Assembly: GCA_018693795.1 (NCBI GenBank)
Contig: JABHMJ010000043.1
Span: 1-49,971 of the forward strand
Length of the DNA stretch: 49,971 nt
Direction of reading: 5' to 3'
Source of the DNA: Candidatus Woesearchaeota archaeon
GTDB taxonomy: Archaea; Nanobdellota; Nanobdellia; SCGC-AAA011-G17; PNOQ01
Both the position numbers and the translations under genes were made by a program. Shown piece after piece: positions 26,204 to 34,541 of this stretch (positions within the stretch are counted from its first letter, which is position 1; the number at the start of each line of letters is the position of its first letter). Under the pieces are notes generated by a model. It was given only the letters and a program-made list of their open reading frames with translations. It did not search any database and had not been told where the DNA came from.

Positions 26204-27859
26204 TTAAAAAATTAACTCTTTCAAAAAATCATAGATAGTTAACCATACTGGTTTATCAATAGATCTTAAAGGCATTCCAATTTCTCTTGGAAAATAATTT
26301 TGAGGAACTTTAACACCACAAATACCAGTATTTCTATCACAAGAAGGTTTTTCAACAGTACACCCACATCTAGGACAATCTCTAATCAATTCACTATCTC
26401 CATTACAAAACCATGGTTTTCCATATTCAACACTATTTGAGCACGAGTTAGGAAGGGAACCATCCAAACAAAATGAAACGTCTTCAACACAATCTCCTGC
26501 ATCACAAATAAATCCTACATTACAATCAGCTTGCAAATTATCACAATCTAAGGCACAATTGGCACAAGTTTCTCCACCAACAACATCACAAACGCCATCT
26601 CCGCAAAGATCAACTGCAGGAACAATATCTAATCTTTCAGACCAAACTTTATGTGCATAGGAGCTAGTTTTATGAGTCCAAATAACTGGAATAAAATCTG
26701 AACCTAAATTAACATTCATCAATGTATTTGTATTAAAATCTCTTCCAACATCCCAACTTAAATGATGTTGATTAGGATTGTGTTCCCAATTCCAACCATT
26801 TACAGAATCCCATTTATTATAATATATTTCATTGATTCCAGCAGAAGAAGTATGACTATTAATAGCGCCACCAACTGCATAAACAACATAAACATCATCA
26901 CCATGACTAGTTAATGTTGGAGTAAAATACCAAGCTGTATCTCCACCACTATACCCATTAATTAAATCATTATAATTCCAACTATCTCCAGGAATGCTTA
27001 AATCCAACCACGCATGTTTAACATTATCAATATCACAAGACCAAGTAACATGAAGTAAATCTCCAGCAACTACTGCAGAATATTCTCTAGTTCTATCACT
27101 TGAGGTACTAACAACACAACCAAAATCACCATAATTCCATATTGCAGAATTAGATCTTTGTTCAAAACTTCCAGAATTCCAAATAAAATATTCTAATTTT
27201 GCTTGCCCAGCATTTCTATCATTTGTATCATGGACAACAACTATTGGGTTCCCTTGATATTCAGTAGAACCAATTCTAACAATAGAATCAGTTTGATGAA
27301 CAAGATTGAAACTAGAATCAACTGGGTTCAAATTTTTATCATATCTTCTGTACATTACATTATCGCTACTTGATTCATCCCTTAGAAAAACCCAAACATA
27401 ATCATCAGTAACTTGAATATTTGTTCTTCTTTTATTTCCATCTACTGGAAAAACTTGAACTGGAGTTCCAATATCTCCCGTACTTGTTCCCGGAAAAGAA
27501 ACTTTATTCACATAAATTCCTCCATTTCCTTCATCAGCATAATATGTTGGATAAGTATAATATAATCCATCTGAATCTCCATCTAGAGAAACATGTTGAT
27601 CTAACATTGTAGTACTTGAACCATGAACATCAAATCCTCCGTACCAATTTAAACCACCATTAGTAGAATAATACCAATTATCATCATCACCAGCAACAAT
27701 AGACCATAAATTATCACTATTACTATCATCCATAAAAACTTTCCATCTTGGATAAGCTAATGTACTTCTTTCTGTAGCGCTTCCCGGAAATTCAACAATA
27801 GCACTAACACTAGAAACAAATAAAACCAACATAACTAAAAATAATATTCCTCTTTTCAT
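26204..27859 (-). CDS. Large secreted protein: possible beta-propeller (Asp-box-like STNGGLNW) plus a Cys-rich C-terminal module
   Basis: Signal peptide MKRGILFLVMLVLFVSSVSA. Aromatic/Gly/Asp-rich repeats. C-terminal CGDGVCDVVGGETCANCALDCD followed by further Cys clusters. Confidence 0.55.
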   Translation of the reverse strand: MKRGILFLVMLVLFVSSVSAIVEFPGSATERSTLAYPRWKVFMDDSNSDNLWSIVAGDDDNWYYSTNGGLNWYGGFDVHGSSTTMLDQHVSLDGDSDGLYYTYPTYYADEGNGGIYVNKVSFPGTSTGDIGTPVQVFPVDGNKRRTNIQVTDDYVWVFLRDESSSDNVMYRRYDKNLNPVDSSFNLVHQTDSIVRIGSTEYQGNPIVVVHDTNDRNAGQAKLEYFIWNSGSFEQRSNSAIWNYGDFGCVVSTSSDRTREYSAVVAGDLLHVTWSCDIDNVKHAWLDLSIPGDSWNYNDLINGYSGGDTAWYFTPTLTSHGDDVYVVYAVGGAINSHTSSAGINEIYYNKWDSVNGWNWEHNPNQHHLSWDVGRDFNTNTLMNVNLGSDFIPVIWTHKTSSYAHKVWSERLDIVPAVDLCGDGVCDVVGGETCANCALDCDNLQADCNVGFICDAGDCVEDVSFCLDGSLPNSCSNSVEYGKPWFCNGDSELIRDCPRCGCTVEKPSCDRNTGICGVKVPQNYFPREIGMPLRSIDKPVWLTIYDFLKELIF

Positions 27860-27889
27860 AGTAAAATCAATAAAAACTAATATTTAAAT

Positions 27890-28099
27890 TTATTCTTTTA
27901 ATTTTTTTAATAATCCAGTAAGAGATTCATCTTTTTTTGGCCCAATTACTCTTGGATCAGGATGAGGGCCAGGACCAATATTAATTAAAGGAATATCTTC
28001 TCCAGGGCCATAAACTCTTTCATACCAAAAATTATCTCCTTCTAACTTATAGTGCGTTCCAGTATCGTCCGCAATTTTTTTATCTTTATACATCCCCAA
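27890..28099 (-). CDS. Hypothetical protein (69 aa)
   Basis: ORF overlapping the 3' end of pyrH by 14 nt. No motif recognised. Confidence 0.35.
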   Translation of the reverse strand: MGMYKDKKIADDTGTHYKLEGDNFWYERVYGPGEDIPLINIGPGPHPDPRVIGPKKDESLTGLLKKLKE

Positions 28100-28769
28100 T
28101 CACAGTTCCAACAAATTTTTTCTCATTCAACAATTTATTTAAATTTTTCAAATCATTATTTACAATACAAGTTTTAATTTTACTTCTACTAATTATTTTA
28201 GCTGCACTTTGATCTAAAACAAAATGTTGTCCAGCCTTAAATTTAATTTTATTAATTCTAGTCATAAAATCTTTGAAAGAAATTTCAGGAATAAATTTAG
28301 CACTTTTATTTGTTTTAGGATTTTTATCATATAATCCTTTCACATTAGTCATATTAATCAAATAATCTGCTTTAATCAATTCAGCAACCTCAGCAGCATT
28401 TCCATCAGAGGTCATATTCTTTTGCATGCCCAAGGCACCACAAATAACTAAATTCCTTTTTCTTAGAAACTTTTTAACATCTAATAATTTTTCAGGAATT
28501 TCATCTTTAATATCAAAAACTCCAGAAACTAATCTAGCATTTAATCTAGTAGAAGCAATACCCACAATACTTAACATATCTGGATTAGAATTAATATGTT
28601 TCATTCCATCAATATATTTTCTTGCAGTACTTCCACCGCCAGTAACAATAACTACTTTATTTTTCTTAGAGAATTTCTTGATAAACTTAGAAAATTTCTT
28701 TAAATATCCATAATCAACTTTATCAGGAATAATAATCGAACCACCTAATGAAATCACAACTTTTTTCAT
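28086..28769 (-). CDS. pyrH: UMP kinase, archaeal type
   Basis: VISLGGSII and VVIVTGGGSTARKYI amino-acid-kinase-fold motifs. 227 aa. Confidence 0.85.
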   Translation of the reverse strand: MKKVVISLGGSIIIPDKVDYGYLKKFSKFIKKFSKKNKVVIVTGGGSTARKYIDGMKHINSNPDMLSIVGIASTRLNARLVSGVFDIKDEIPEKLLDVKKFLRKRNLVICGALGMQKNMTSDGNAAEVAELIKADYLINMTNVKGLYDKNPKTNKSAKFIPEISFKDFMTRINKIKFKAGQHFVLDQSAAKIISRSKIKTCIVNNDLKNLNKLLNEKKFVGTVIGDV

Positions 28770-28808
28770 AATAGTTAATTTAAAAATAACATTATTTAAA
28801 AGTTGTGT

Positions 28809-29942
28809 TTAATAATCAGAAAATAAATTTGAATCGTAAACGTCTTGAACTTTTTTTCCAAATGAATCTCCTTTGATATGTTTTCCATTTAATACATACG
28901 GAAAGGTAGTGCCTCCGGCCCTTGGTTGTCTATTTGGATCTGGGAATACATTTCTTATTCCTATATTGTACACAGTCCCAAGTAAATTAGGAGAATCTGA
29001 AATATCGTGGCCAACATGAGAATAAATATTTTCCAATACTTTCAAAATAACAGCGGTTTCACCAATACTAACTATATTTTGTTGATCTTGTTTTTCCCAT
29101 CTTTCCCAACCAGTAGATTCAAAAAATTCATCAGCAGCAACATTATATACTAAATCTGAATTCCTTTCCATTCCTGCAGTAATAGTTCTAGTTGTATCAG
29201 GATATAATGCATTAGAAGTAGAAGTAACTTCGATAGGGTGGCCAGAGGCCAAGTCCTTAGAATTTGATCTTGCACTATATTTTAAATGTGTAAAGCCAAC
29301 AGAAAGATCAACTTCTGTCATAAACCATTTTATAACATCTATTTTTGCCAAATCAGCCTTCAATTTTCTCATTGTATCAAATTCATATTGTACCCTTTCA
29401 ACATAAATTATTGAAGCCATTACTTTGGGATCTACCTCATACCTATCTGAAATATACTTTATTGCATCTTCATATCTATTAATGTCACCTACAACCATAT
29501 TTTGAACTTTAACATATCTTTCATCCATACCAGTAGGATCAATAAAATTCATAGGATTATTATTAACATATACATAAGGTAAATTATCTTTAACAGGATC
29601 TACAGAAGTAAACCTCCCTAAATTTGGATCATAATATCTTGCATTAAAATAATACAACTCTTCATCCAATTCTTTCCCAGTAAAAGAAAATCTTTCTAGA
29701 ACTTTCAACGATTGGCCAAATGGCAAAGATTTAGAATTTATATCCGAACCTAAACGATCTTGATAGTGATAAGTTACAATGTCATCATTTTTAGATGCAA
29801 GTAATTTAGAACCAGCATAAAAATAAGTAGTTTCACCAGAAATAACTTTATCTGGAGTTTCAAAAACTTCTTGGATAACAACATCTTTAGAATTAACTAA
29901 AGGAATAATTAACAAAATTATAAATATCACCCAAACTTTCAT
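28809..29942 (-). CDS. Secreted RHS-core family protein, paralogue 2, with a unique ~235-aa C-terminal domain
   Basis: Same N-terminal module as paralogue 1 (YYFNARYYDPNLGRFTSVDP...NNPMNFIDPTGM), after which the sequence is unrelated. The track start at 29954 is a TTG; the first ATG is at 29942. Confidence 0.75.
   Translation of the reverse strand: MKVWVIFIILLIIPLVNSKDVVIQEVFETPDKVISGETTYFYAGSKLLASKNDDIVTYHYQDRLGSDINSKSLPFGQSLKVLERFSFTGKELDEELYYFNARYYDPNLGRFTSVDPVKDNLPYVYVNNNPMNFIDPTGMDERYVKVQNMVVGDINRYEDAIKYISDRYEVDPKVMASIIYVERVQYEFDTMRKLKADLAKIDVIKWFMTEVDLSVGFTHLKYSARSNSKDLASGHPIEVTSTSNALYPDTTRTITAGMERNSDLVYNVAADEFFESTGWERWEKQDQQNIVSIGETAVILKVLENIYSHVGHDISDSPNLLGTVYNIGIRNVFPDPNRQPRAGGTTFPYVLNGKHIKGDSFGKKVQDVYDSNLFSDY
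29526..29942 (-). repeat. Conserved N-terminal module (signal peptide + RHS core to DPTGM), copy 2 of 3
   Basis: See 11595-12017. Confidence 0.85.
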
Positions 29943-30002
29943 AATGAAAAACAATCTAAAAACTATATAAATATTTTTAAAATATATAATGTATAAAACG
30001 TT

Positions 30003-30551
30003 ATGATTTTTGGAATTACTGGTTATTATGGATCTGGAAAAGATGCAGTTGCAAAATATCTAGAATCAAAAGGATTTATACACCACTCTCTTTCTGATGA
30101 AATAAGGTTTGAATTAAATAAAAGAGGAATGGAAATAACAAGAGAGAATTTAATTTATTTAGGGAATGAACTTAGAAAGGAACATGGCCCTAGTGTAATT
30201 GCTAAAATCTTATCAAATAAACTAGAACAAGATAAAAATTATATTCTAACCTCAATAAGAAATCCATCTGAAGCATTAGAACTAAAAAAATTAGAAAATT
30301 TCAAATTAATTAGCTTAGACGGCCCAATTGAGCAAAGATTTGAGAGAGTAAAAACAAGAAATCGTGAAGAAGACCCAAAAACAATAGAAGAATTAAAAGA
30401 AAAAGAAAAAATAGAAGAATCAAATGATGAAACAAAACAACAATTACACAAAGTAAGAGATTTATCAGATATAAAAATAAACAATAATTCAACTTTAGAA
30501 GCATTATATGATCAAATTAATTCTATACTACCGGGCAATAGTTACAAATAG
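30003..30551 (+). CDS. P-loop nucleotide/nucleoside kinase-like protein (CoaE/dNMP-kinase-like)
   Basis: FGITGYYGSGKDAVAKYLE Walker A at the extreme N-terminus. 182 aa. Specificity cannot be assigned by eye. Confidence 0.55.
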   Translation: MIFGITGYYGSGKDAVAKYLESKGFIHHSLSDEIRFELNKRGMEITRENLIYLGNELRKEHGPSVIAKILSNKLEQDKNYILTSIRNPSEALELKKLENFKLISLDGPIEQRFERVKTRNREEDPKTIEELKEKEKIEESNDETKQQLHKVRDLSDIKINNNSTLEALYDQINSILPGNSYK

Positions 30552-30592
30552 AAAGATTTATAAACTAATTATTGAGAATTTATATTAGAAAA

Positions 30593-31297
30593 ATGACAAT
30601 AATGGCTACTAAAAGGAATACTAGAAGAAATAAAAGAGGGGCAATGGCGGCTTTATCTTTAATAGCATTAGTTACAATGCCCCCTCATATGCAACCTCAA
30701 GAACAAACAATTCCTTATCCAGAAATACAATATGAAATTCCAGAAGAACCATTAATTTTCTCTGAGAATGAACAGAAAGTAATACAATTTCCATTAATTC
30801 CAACTATTGAAGTAAATCCAAAATTAGAAATTTATAGAGATTTAATAAAAGAAAAATCTGAGAAATATGGTTTTGAAGCAGATTACGTTGCAAGAATTAT
30901 ATGGCAAGAATCAAGAGGAGATTCAACTGCAGTTTCAAAAGCAGGAGCAATAGGGTTAGTACAATTAATGCCAAAAAACATAGATAGATACAAGGTTAAT
31001 AATCCAAATAATCCTGAAGAAAATTTAGAAGCAGGATTACAACATTTAAGATGGTTAACAGATAAATTTGGTGGAGACCATGAACAAGGTTTAGCAGCAT
31101 ATAATGTTGGTCAAAGACATGTAATAAAGGCATTAAAACCAAAATCTGGAAAATTAGAAAAAATACCATTATATGGGGGAAAACCTGTTAATGGAAAAAC
31201 TCATTACAATTGGACTTGGCATAATTATGAATTAAGAACAGAAAGATTACCTAAAGAAACAAGAAAATACATCGATACAATAATGGAAAATGAATAA
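30593..31297 (+). CDS. Lytic transglycosylase (SLT/GH23 lysozyme-like domain), membrane-anchored or secreted
   Basis: ARIIWQESRGDSTAVSKAGAIGLVQLMP...LAAYNVGQ gives the three SLT motifs: catalytic E-S, GLxQ and AYNxG. There is an N-terminal hydrophobic segment. The track start at 30572 is a TTG; the first ATG is at 30593. Confidence 0.8.
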   Translation: MTIMATKRNTRRNKRGAMAALSLIALVTMPPHMQPQEQTIPYPEIQYEIPEEPLIFSENEQKVIQFPLIPTIEVNPKLEIYRDLIKEKSEKYGFEADYVARIIWQESRGDSTAVSKAGAIGLVQLMPKNIDRYKVNNPNNPEENLEAGLQHLRWLTDKFGGDHEQGLAAYNVGQRHVIKALKPKSGKLEKIPLYGGKPVNGKTHYNWTWHNYELRTERLPKETRKYIDTIMENE

Positions 31298-31628
31298 AGT
31301 AGGAAAAACATTATGGGCATTGTTAGGAACAGCTTATGTTGCTGGAACAATTGTAAAAAATGTAGAATTATACAAAGAAAAAATAAATCCTTTAGAAAAT
31401 GAATTTAGGCAAATTTGTGAAGAAGTTGTTGAAGAATATGGAATTCCAATTCCAACCGAAGTTTTAAATTCAAAAAATGGGCCACTAAATGATCTTGTAG
31501 CTCAAAGAGAACAACTTATTAAAGAATACAATGCAAAAGATCGGGGTTCATCTTGGTTTTTAAAATATTATGGTGCCGATTTAGAAACAGGAATTTATTT
31601 GTGGCATCCATTTCATAAAATTGATTAA
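31290..31628 (+). CDS. Hypothetical membrane-anchored protein (112 aa) coupled to the SLT gene
   Basis: Its ATG at 31290 overlaps the SLT gene's 3' end by 8 nt. Confidence 0.5.
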   Translation: MNKVGKTLWALLGTAYVAGTIVKNVELYKEKINPLENEFRQICEEVVEEYGIPIPTEVLNSKNGPLNDLVAQREQLIKEYNAKDRGSSWFLKYYGADLETGIYLWHPFHKID

Positions 31629-31903
31629 TCATCAACAGTAAATAATCTACTATCATGAACATCAAAAACATTACTTCTCGCACCAGCATCCAACCAACCA
31701 TGTGCATAATTTAAAGCAGCAAATGCATTCACAAAATCTTTCTTTTCATAAAAATGCTTAGCATCACTAATATATCTAGAAATCATATCAATAAAATCAT
31801 TAAAATATTCATAATTAGAACCTTTATTATCTTTAGCTAATTTTAAAGCCTCTTCACTAACAGAGAAATATTTCAAAAGTTTTTCTTCAGTTATATTATT
31901 CAT
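31625..31903 (-). CDS. Small archaeal helical protein, DUF357-like
   Basis: FAALNYAHGWLDAGAR resembles the conserved YAhGWLDAG motif recalled for DUF357. Recall-based only. Confidence 0.45.
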   Translation of the reverse strand: MNNITEEKLLKYFSVSEEALKLAKDNKGSNYEYFNDFIDMISRYISDAKHFYEKKDFVNAFAALNYAHGWLDAGARSNVFDVHDSRLFTVDD

Positions 31904-31924
31904 AATAAAAAAAATAAGAAGAAA

Positions 31925-32383
31925 TTATTCTTCTTTTTCTTCCTCAGCAGCTTTTTCAGCTGGTTCTTCAGTTGCTTCTTCTTCAGGAGCCTCTTTAGTT
32001 TCTTCAGCCGGTTCTTCAGTTTCTTCAGTTGCTTCTTCTTCAGAAGTTTCTTCTTCTTTAGCTGGTTTTTCTTCAGCATCTTCAGAAGTTTCTTCTTCAT
32101 TAGGAGCATCTTCTTCTCCACCGAATTCTTCTACTTTAGTTTCAGCAACTTCTTCGTTTGCTTCTTCTAAATCAGTTCTTTCACTGCCTTTTTTAAGTAA
32201 TTGTACATTTACGGCTTGTTTTCCTTTGTCTGTTTCTGTTGCCTCAAATGAAACTTGATCATTTTCTCTCAAAAATACTCTTTTGTCTAGAGCTGTATGA
32301 TGTAAGAAATAATCTTCTCCGTCTTCGCCTTTTACGAATCCGTACCCTTTCCTGATGTTATACCATTTTACTGTTCCTTCCAT
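31925..32383 (-). CDS. Cold-shock domain (CspA-like) protein with an ~85-aa acidic low-complexity C-terminal tail
   Basis: GTVKWYNIRKGYGFVKGEDGEDYFLHHTAL contains RNP1-like KGYGFV and an RNP2-like motif. GGAGG lies 5 nt upstream of the ATG. The tail is rich in E/T/A repeats (EEATEE, EETSE). Confidence 0.85.
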   Translation of the reverse strand: MEGTVKWYNIRKGYGFVKGEDGEDYFLHHTALDKRVFLRENDQVSFEATETDKGKQAVNVQLLKKGSERTDLEEANEEVAETKVEEFGGEEDAPNEEETSEDAEEKPAKEEETSEEEATEETEEPAEETKEAPEEEATEEPAEKAAEEEKEE

Positions 32384-32524
32384 TTTTGCCTCCTAATGTC
32401 GGTATTGTTATGCTTTTTTAACAATTAATCCATTTATAAATGTTTGGATGGATAACTACTGAAAATGCAAACTATATTTTTTCTTAGGTAAATGATTATA
32501 AAGTGAGATAGAATCAAAAAACTA

Positions 32525-33421
32525 ATGAGTCAAAATTATGAAAAAGTAGAAAGAGTGACAGTTCCAGCATTAGAAGAAATTTTAGGGAAAAAATTCAACA
32601 TTTTAAATGATGGATTTATTCGAGTAGTAGATTATATGGGTGGAGACTCTTCAATTGTACAAGCTGCAAGAGTAAGTTATGGGGCTGGAACGAAAAAAGT
32701 ATCAGAAGATAGAGGATTAATAAGGTATTTGCTAAAACATAGACACACCACTCCATTTGAAATGGCAGATTTAAAACTACATGTAAGAGTTCCAATGGAT
32801 GCTTGGAGACAATGGATAAGGCATAGGACTGCATCAGTTAATGAAACGTCATCAAGGTATTCCATAGTAACAGATTCTACTCAAACAACAAATCCAAATG
32901 AATGGAGATCACAAGCAAAAGATAACAAACAAGGAAGTGGAGATTATCTCCCAGAAGATTTAGGGAAAAAATTTTCAGCCGAAGAAGAAGATATACATAA
33001 AATTCTTTTTGATTCTTATAACGAAAAAATAGATGCTGGAGTAGCTAAAGAGCAAGCAAGAAAAGATTTACCCCTTTGCACTTACACAGAAGCATATTGG
33101 AAAATGGATTTACACAATTTATTAAATTTTCTTAGATTAAGAATGGATTCTCACGCTCAAAAAGAAATTAGAGAATATGCCACAGTAATTGGTGAAGAAA
33201 TTGTTAGCAAATGGGTTCCACATACTTGGGAAGCTTTTAATGATTATTCTTTAAATTCAATGCACTTATCTAGAATGGATAAAGAAGCATTAAATCTTAT
33301 TGTAACTGGAAATTATGATAAAAATAGCCCAGAAGTTAGGGAAGTATTTGGAGTAAAACCTGGGAAAAAAAGTAGAGAACATAACGAATTCATATCAAAA
33401 TTAGAAACATTATTTGATTAA
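32525..33421 (+). CDS. thyX: Flavin-dependent thymidylate synthase ThyX
   Basis: ThyX signature RHRTASVNETSSRY (RHRxxSxxxxSxR). Confidence 0.9.
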   Translation: MSQNYEKVERVTVPALEEILGKKFNILNDGFIRVVDYMGGDSSIVQAARVSYGAGTKKVSEDRGLIRYLLKHRHTTPFEMADLKLHVRVPMDAWRQWIRHRTASVNETSSRYSIVTDSTQTTNPNEWRSQAKDNKQGSGDYLPEDLGKKFSAEEEDIHKILFDSYNEKIDAGVAKEQARKDLPLCTYTEAYWKMDLHNLLNFLRLRMDSHAQKEIREYATVIGEEIVSKWVPHTWEAFNDYSLNSMHLSRMDKEALNLIVTGNYDKNSPEVREVFGVKPGKKSREHNEFISKLETLFD

Positions 33422-34120
33422 AGCACTAACAATACTATAAACCTCATCAGAAATATTTTCAGGAGTTCTAAGACTATCAATTGTTCCATCTGGTGCACAA
33501 TCAATTCTATGCCATCCTTCTGGATATGATTCTAACATATGTAAATAAGATAATTCTGCACGTTCCATATGTCCCAAATTACTTTCATGTCCATCTAGTT
33601 TTTCTCCATTTGCATTAGCCCTAAGATCTCTAAGTTGCATAGAAACTCCCATTGGCATATATAAAAATAATTTTATATTTGGTTTTGGCAAATTTAGCAT
33701 TTCATATTCTAAATTACTAATCCAATCAAACATTTCATATCTTTCAGCAGAATCCCAAATTTTTCCACCCTGGTGCCCCATATTCGATTCAACCCATCTA
33801 TCCAATATAGGAATTTTTCCTTCTTCGACCATATTTTCAATTCTAGAGGCAGAAGCAAATCTATCTGCAGCATAATATAAACAAGCTAATTTAGGATCTA
33901 CTTTATCTGCGTCTCCTAATATTGCCGTAGCATTTTCTCCAAGACCTAAATCTTTTCCTAAATAACACTGGCCAACAATTTTTCCAGTAGGAGTATCATA
34001 AGCAGGAATATTTATTCTTTCAGCAGGGATTCTAGCAAAATTAAGTCTACTTTCTAATAATTTAGATTGCGTTTCTTTTCCTGATCCATCTGTACCTTCA
34101 ACAAGAATAATATTTGACAT
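33410..34120 (-). CDS. tmk: Thymidylate kinase
   Basis: ILVEGTDGSGKETQSKLL P-loop. Convergent with thyX and overlapping it by 12 nt. Confidence 0.8.
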   Translation of the reverse strand: MSNIILVEGTDGSGKETQSKLLESRLNFARIPAERINIPAYDTPTGKIVGQCYLGKDLGLGENATAILGDADKVDPKLACLYYAADRFASASRIENMVEEGKIPILDRWVESNMGHQGGKIWDSAERYEMFDWISNLEYEMLNLPKPNIKLFLYMPMGVSMQLRDLRANANGEKLDGHESNLGHMERAELSYLHMLESYPEGWHRIDCAPDGTIDSLRTPENISDEVYSIVSALIK

Positions 34121-34198
34121 CTAAATCTAAACAACTAAAGAATATAAAAACATTAACAAGATAAAAAATAAATTTCATAAAATATATATTTGAAAATT

Positions 34199-34308
34199 AA
34201 AGTGCCAACGCCATAGAAAAATCCCGAAAGATGAATCAAAAGCGCTGACACAACACACAATCCACAAAGAAGTTACTCCGAAGAGCAAAATCAATGAAAA
34301 AAGTGCAT
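34199..34308 (-). ncRNA. Candidate structured small RNA A; family not recognised
   Basis: BRE/TATA lies ~22 nt upstream. UUCG-loop hairpins have loops at 34279-34282 (UGCUC[UUCG]GAGUA) and 34225-34228. A 10-bp helix pairs 34242-34251 with 34202-34211 and has two G.U pairs in the minus sense only. T-runs lie downstream. Confidence 0.45.
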
Positions 34309-34328
34309 ACCCAACATAAAAAAATGAA

Positions 34329-34342
34329 TATATAAGTTTTTC
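34329..34342 (-). promoter_or_regulatory. BRE/TATA for candidate sRNA A
   Basis: The minus strand reads GAAAAACTTATATA. Confidence 0.45.
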
Positions 34343-34383
34343 TTTTTACATAATAATTTGTCATTTCTTAATTTCATTAGAAA

Positions 34384-34487
34384 TATTAGGTGTACGAACA
34401 CAAGGAAAAACCCGAAAGCTTAACCAAGTGAAAGTACGTGCACAAGACAAGAGAAATCCCGAAAGACAACTCAAATCAAGTACACAC
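34384..34487 (-). ncRNA. Candidate structured small RNA B, related in layout to A
   Basis: BRE/TATA lies ~22 nt upstream. A terminal helix pairs GUGUAC (34480-34485) with GUACAC (34390-34395). Two UUCG hairpins share the same architecture: GAG-UU-GUCU[UUCG]GGAU-UU-CUC and GG-UU-AAGCU[UUCG]GGUUU-UU-CC. Confidence 0.45.
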
Positions 34488-34504
34488 TTATCATATATCT
34501 CGCA

Positions 34505-34518
34505 TATATAAACTTTTC
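34505..34518 (-). promoter_or_regulatory. BRE/TATA for candidate sRNA B
   Basis: The minus strand reads GAAAAGTTTATATA. Confidence 0.45.
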
Positions 34519-34541
34519 TATTCTCGAAAATCACTAATAAA

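Noticed and set aside
30239-30504. Two minus-strand ORFs (30239-30484 and 30310-30504) inside the P-loop kinase gene
   Set aside because: They are antisense shadows of a Glu/Lys-rich coding segment.
31900-32121. 73-aa Lys/Leu-rich ORF (MEKKMLLMKKKLL...)
   Set aside because: It is an alternative-frame shadow of the GAAGAA-rich DNA that encodes the acidic tail of the cold-shock-domain protein on the same strand. The CSD frame is continuous with a conserved domain and has a strong SD.
34199-34487. Considered whether the G+C-richer blocks are RNase P RNA, SRP (7S) RNA, 5S rRNA or C/D-box sRNAs
   Set aside because: I could not find the RNase P CR-I/CR-V strings (GGAAAGUCC-like P4). SRP helix-8 motifs, the 5S loop sequences and RUGAUGA/CUGA boxes are also absent. 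An AT-rich spacer with its own TATA box splits the region into two short units. A covariance-model search is still needed.
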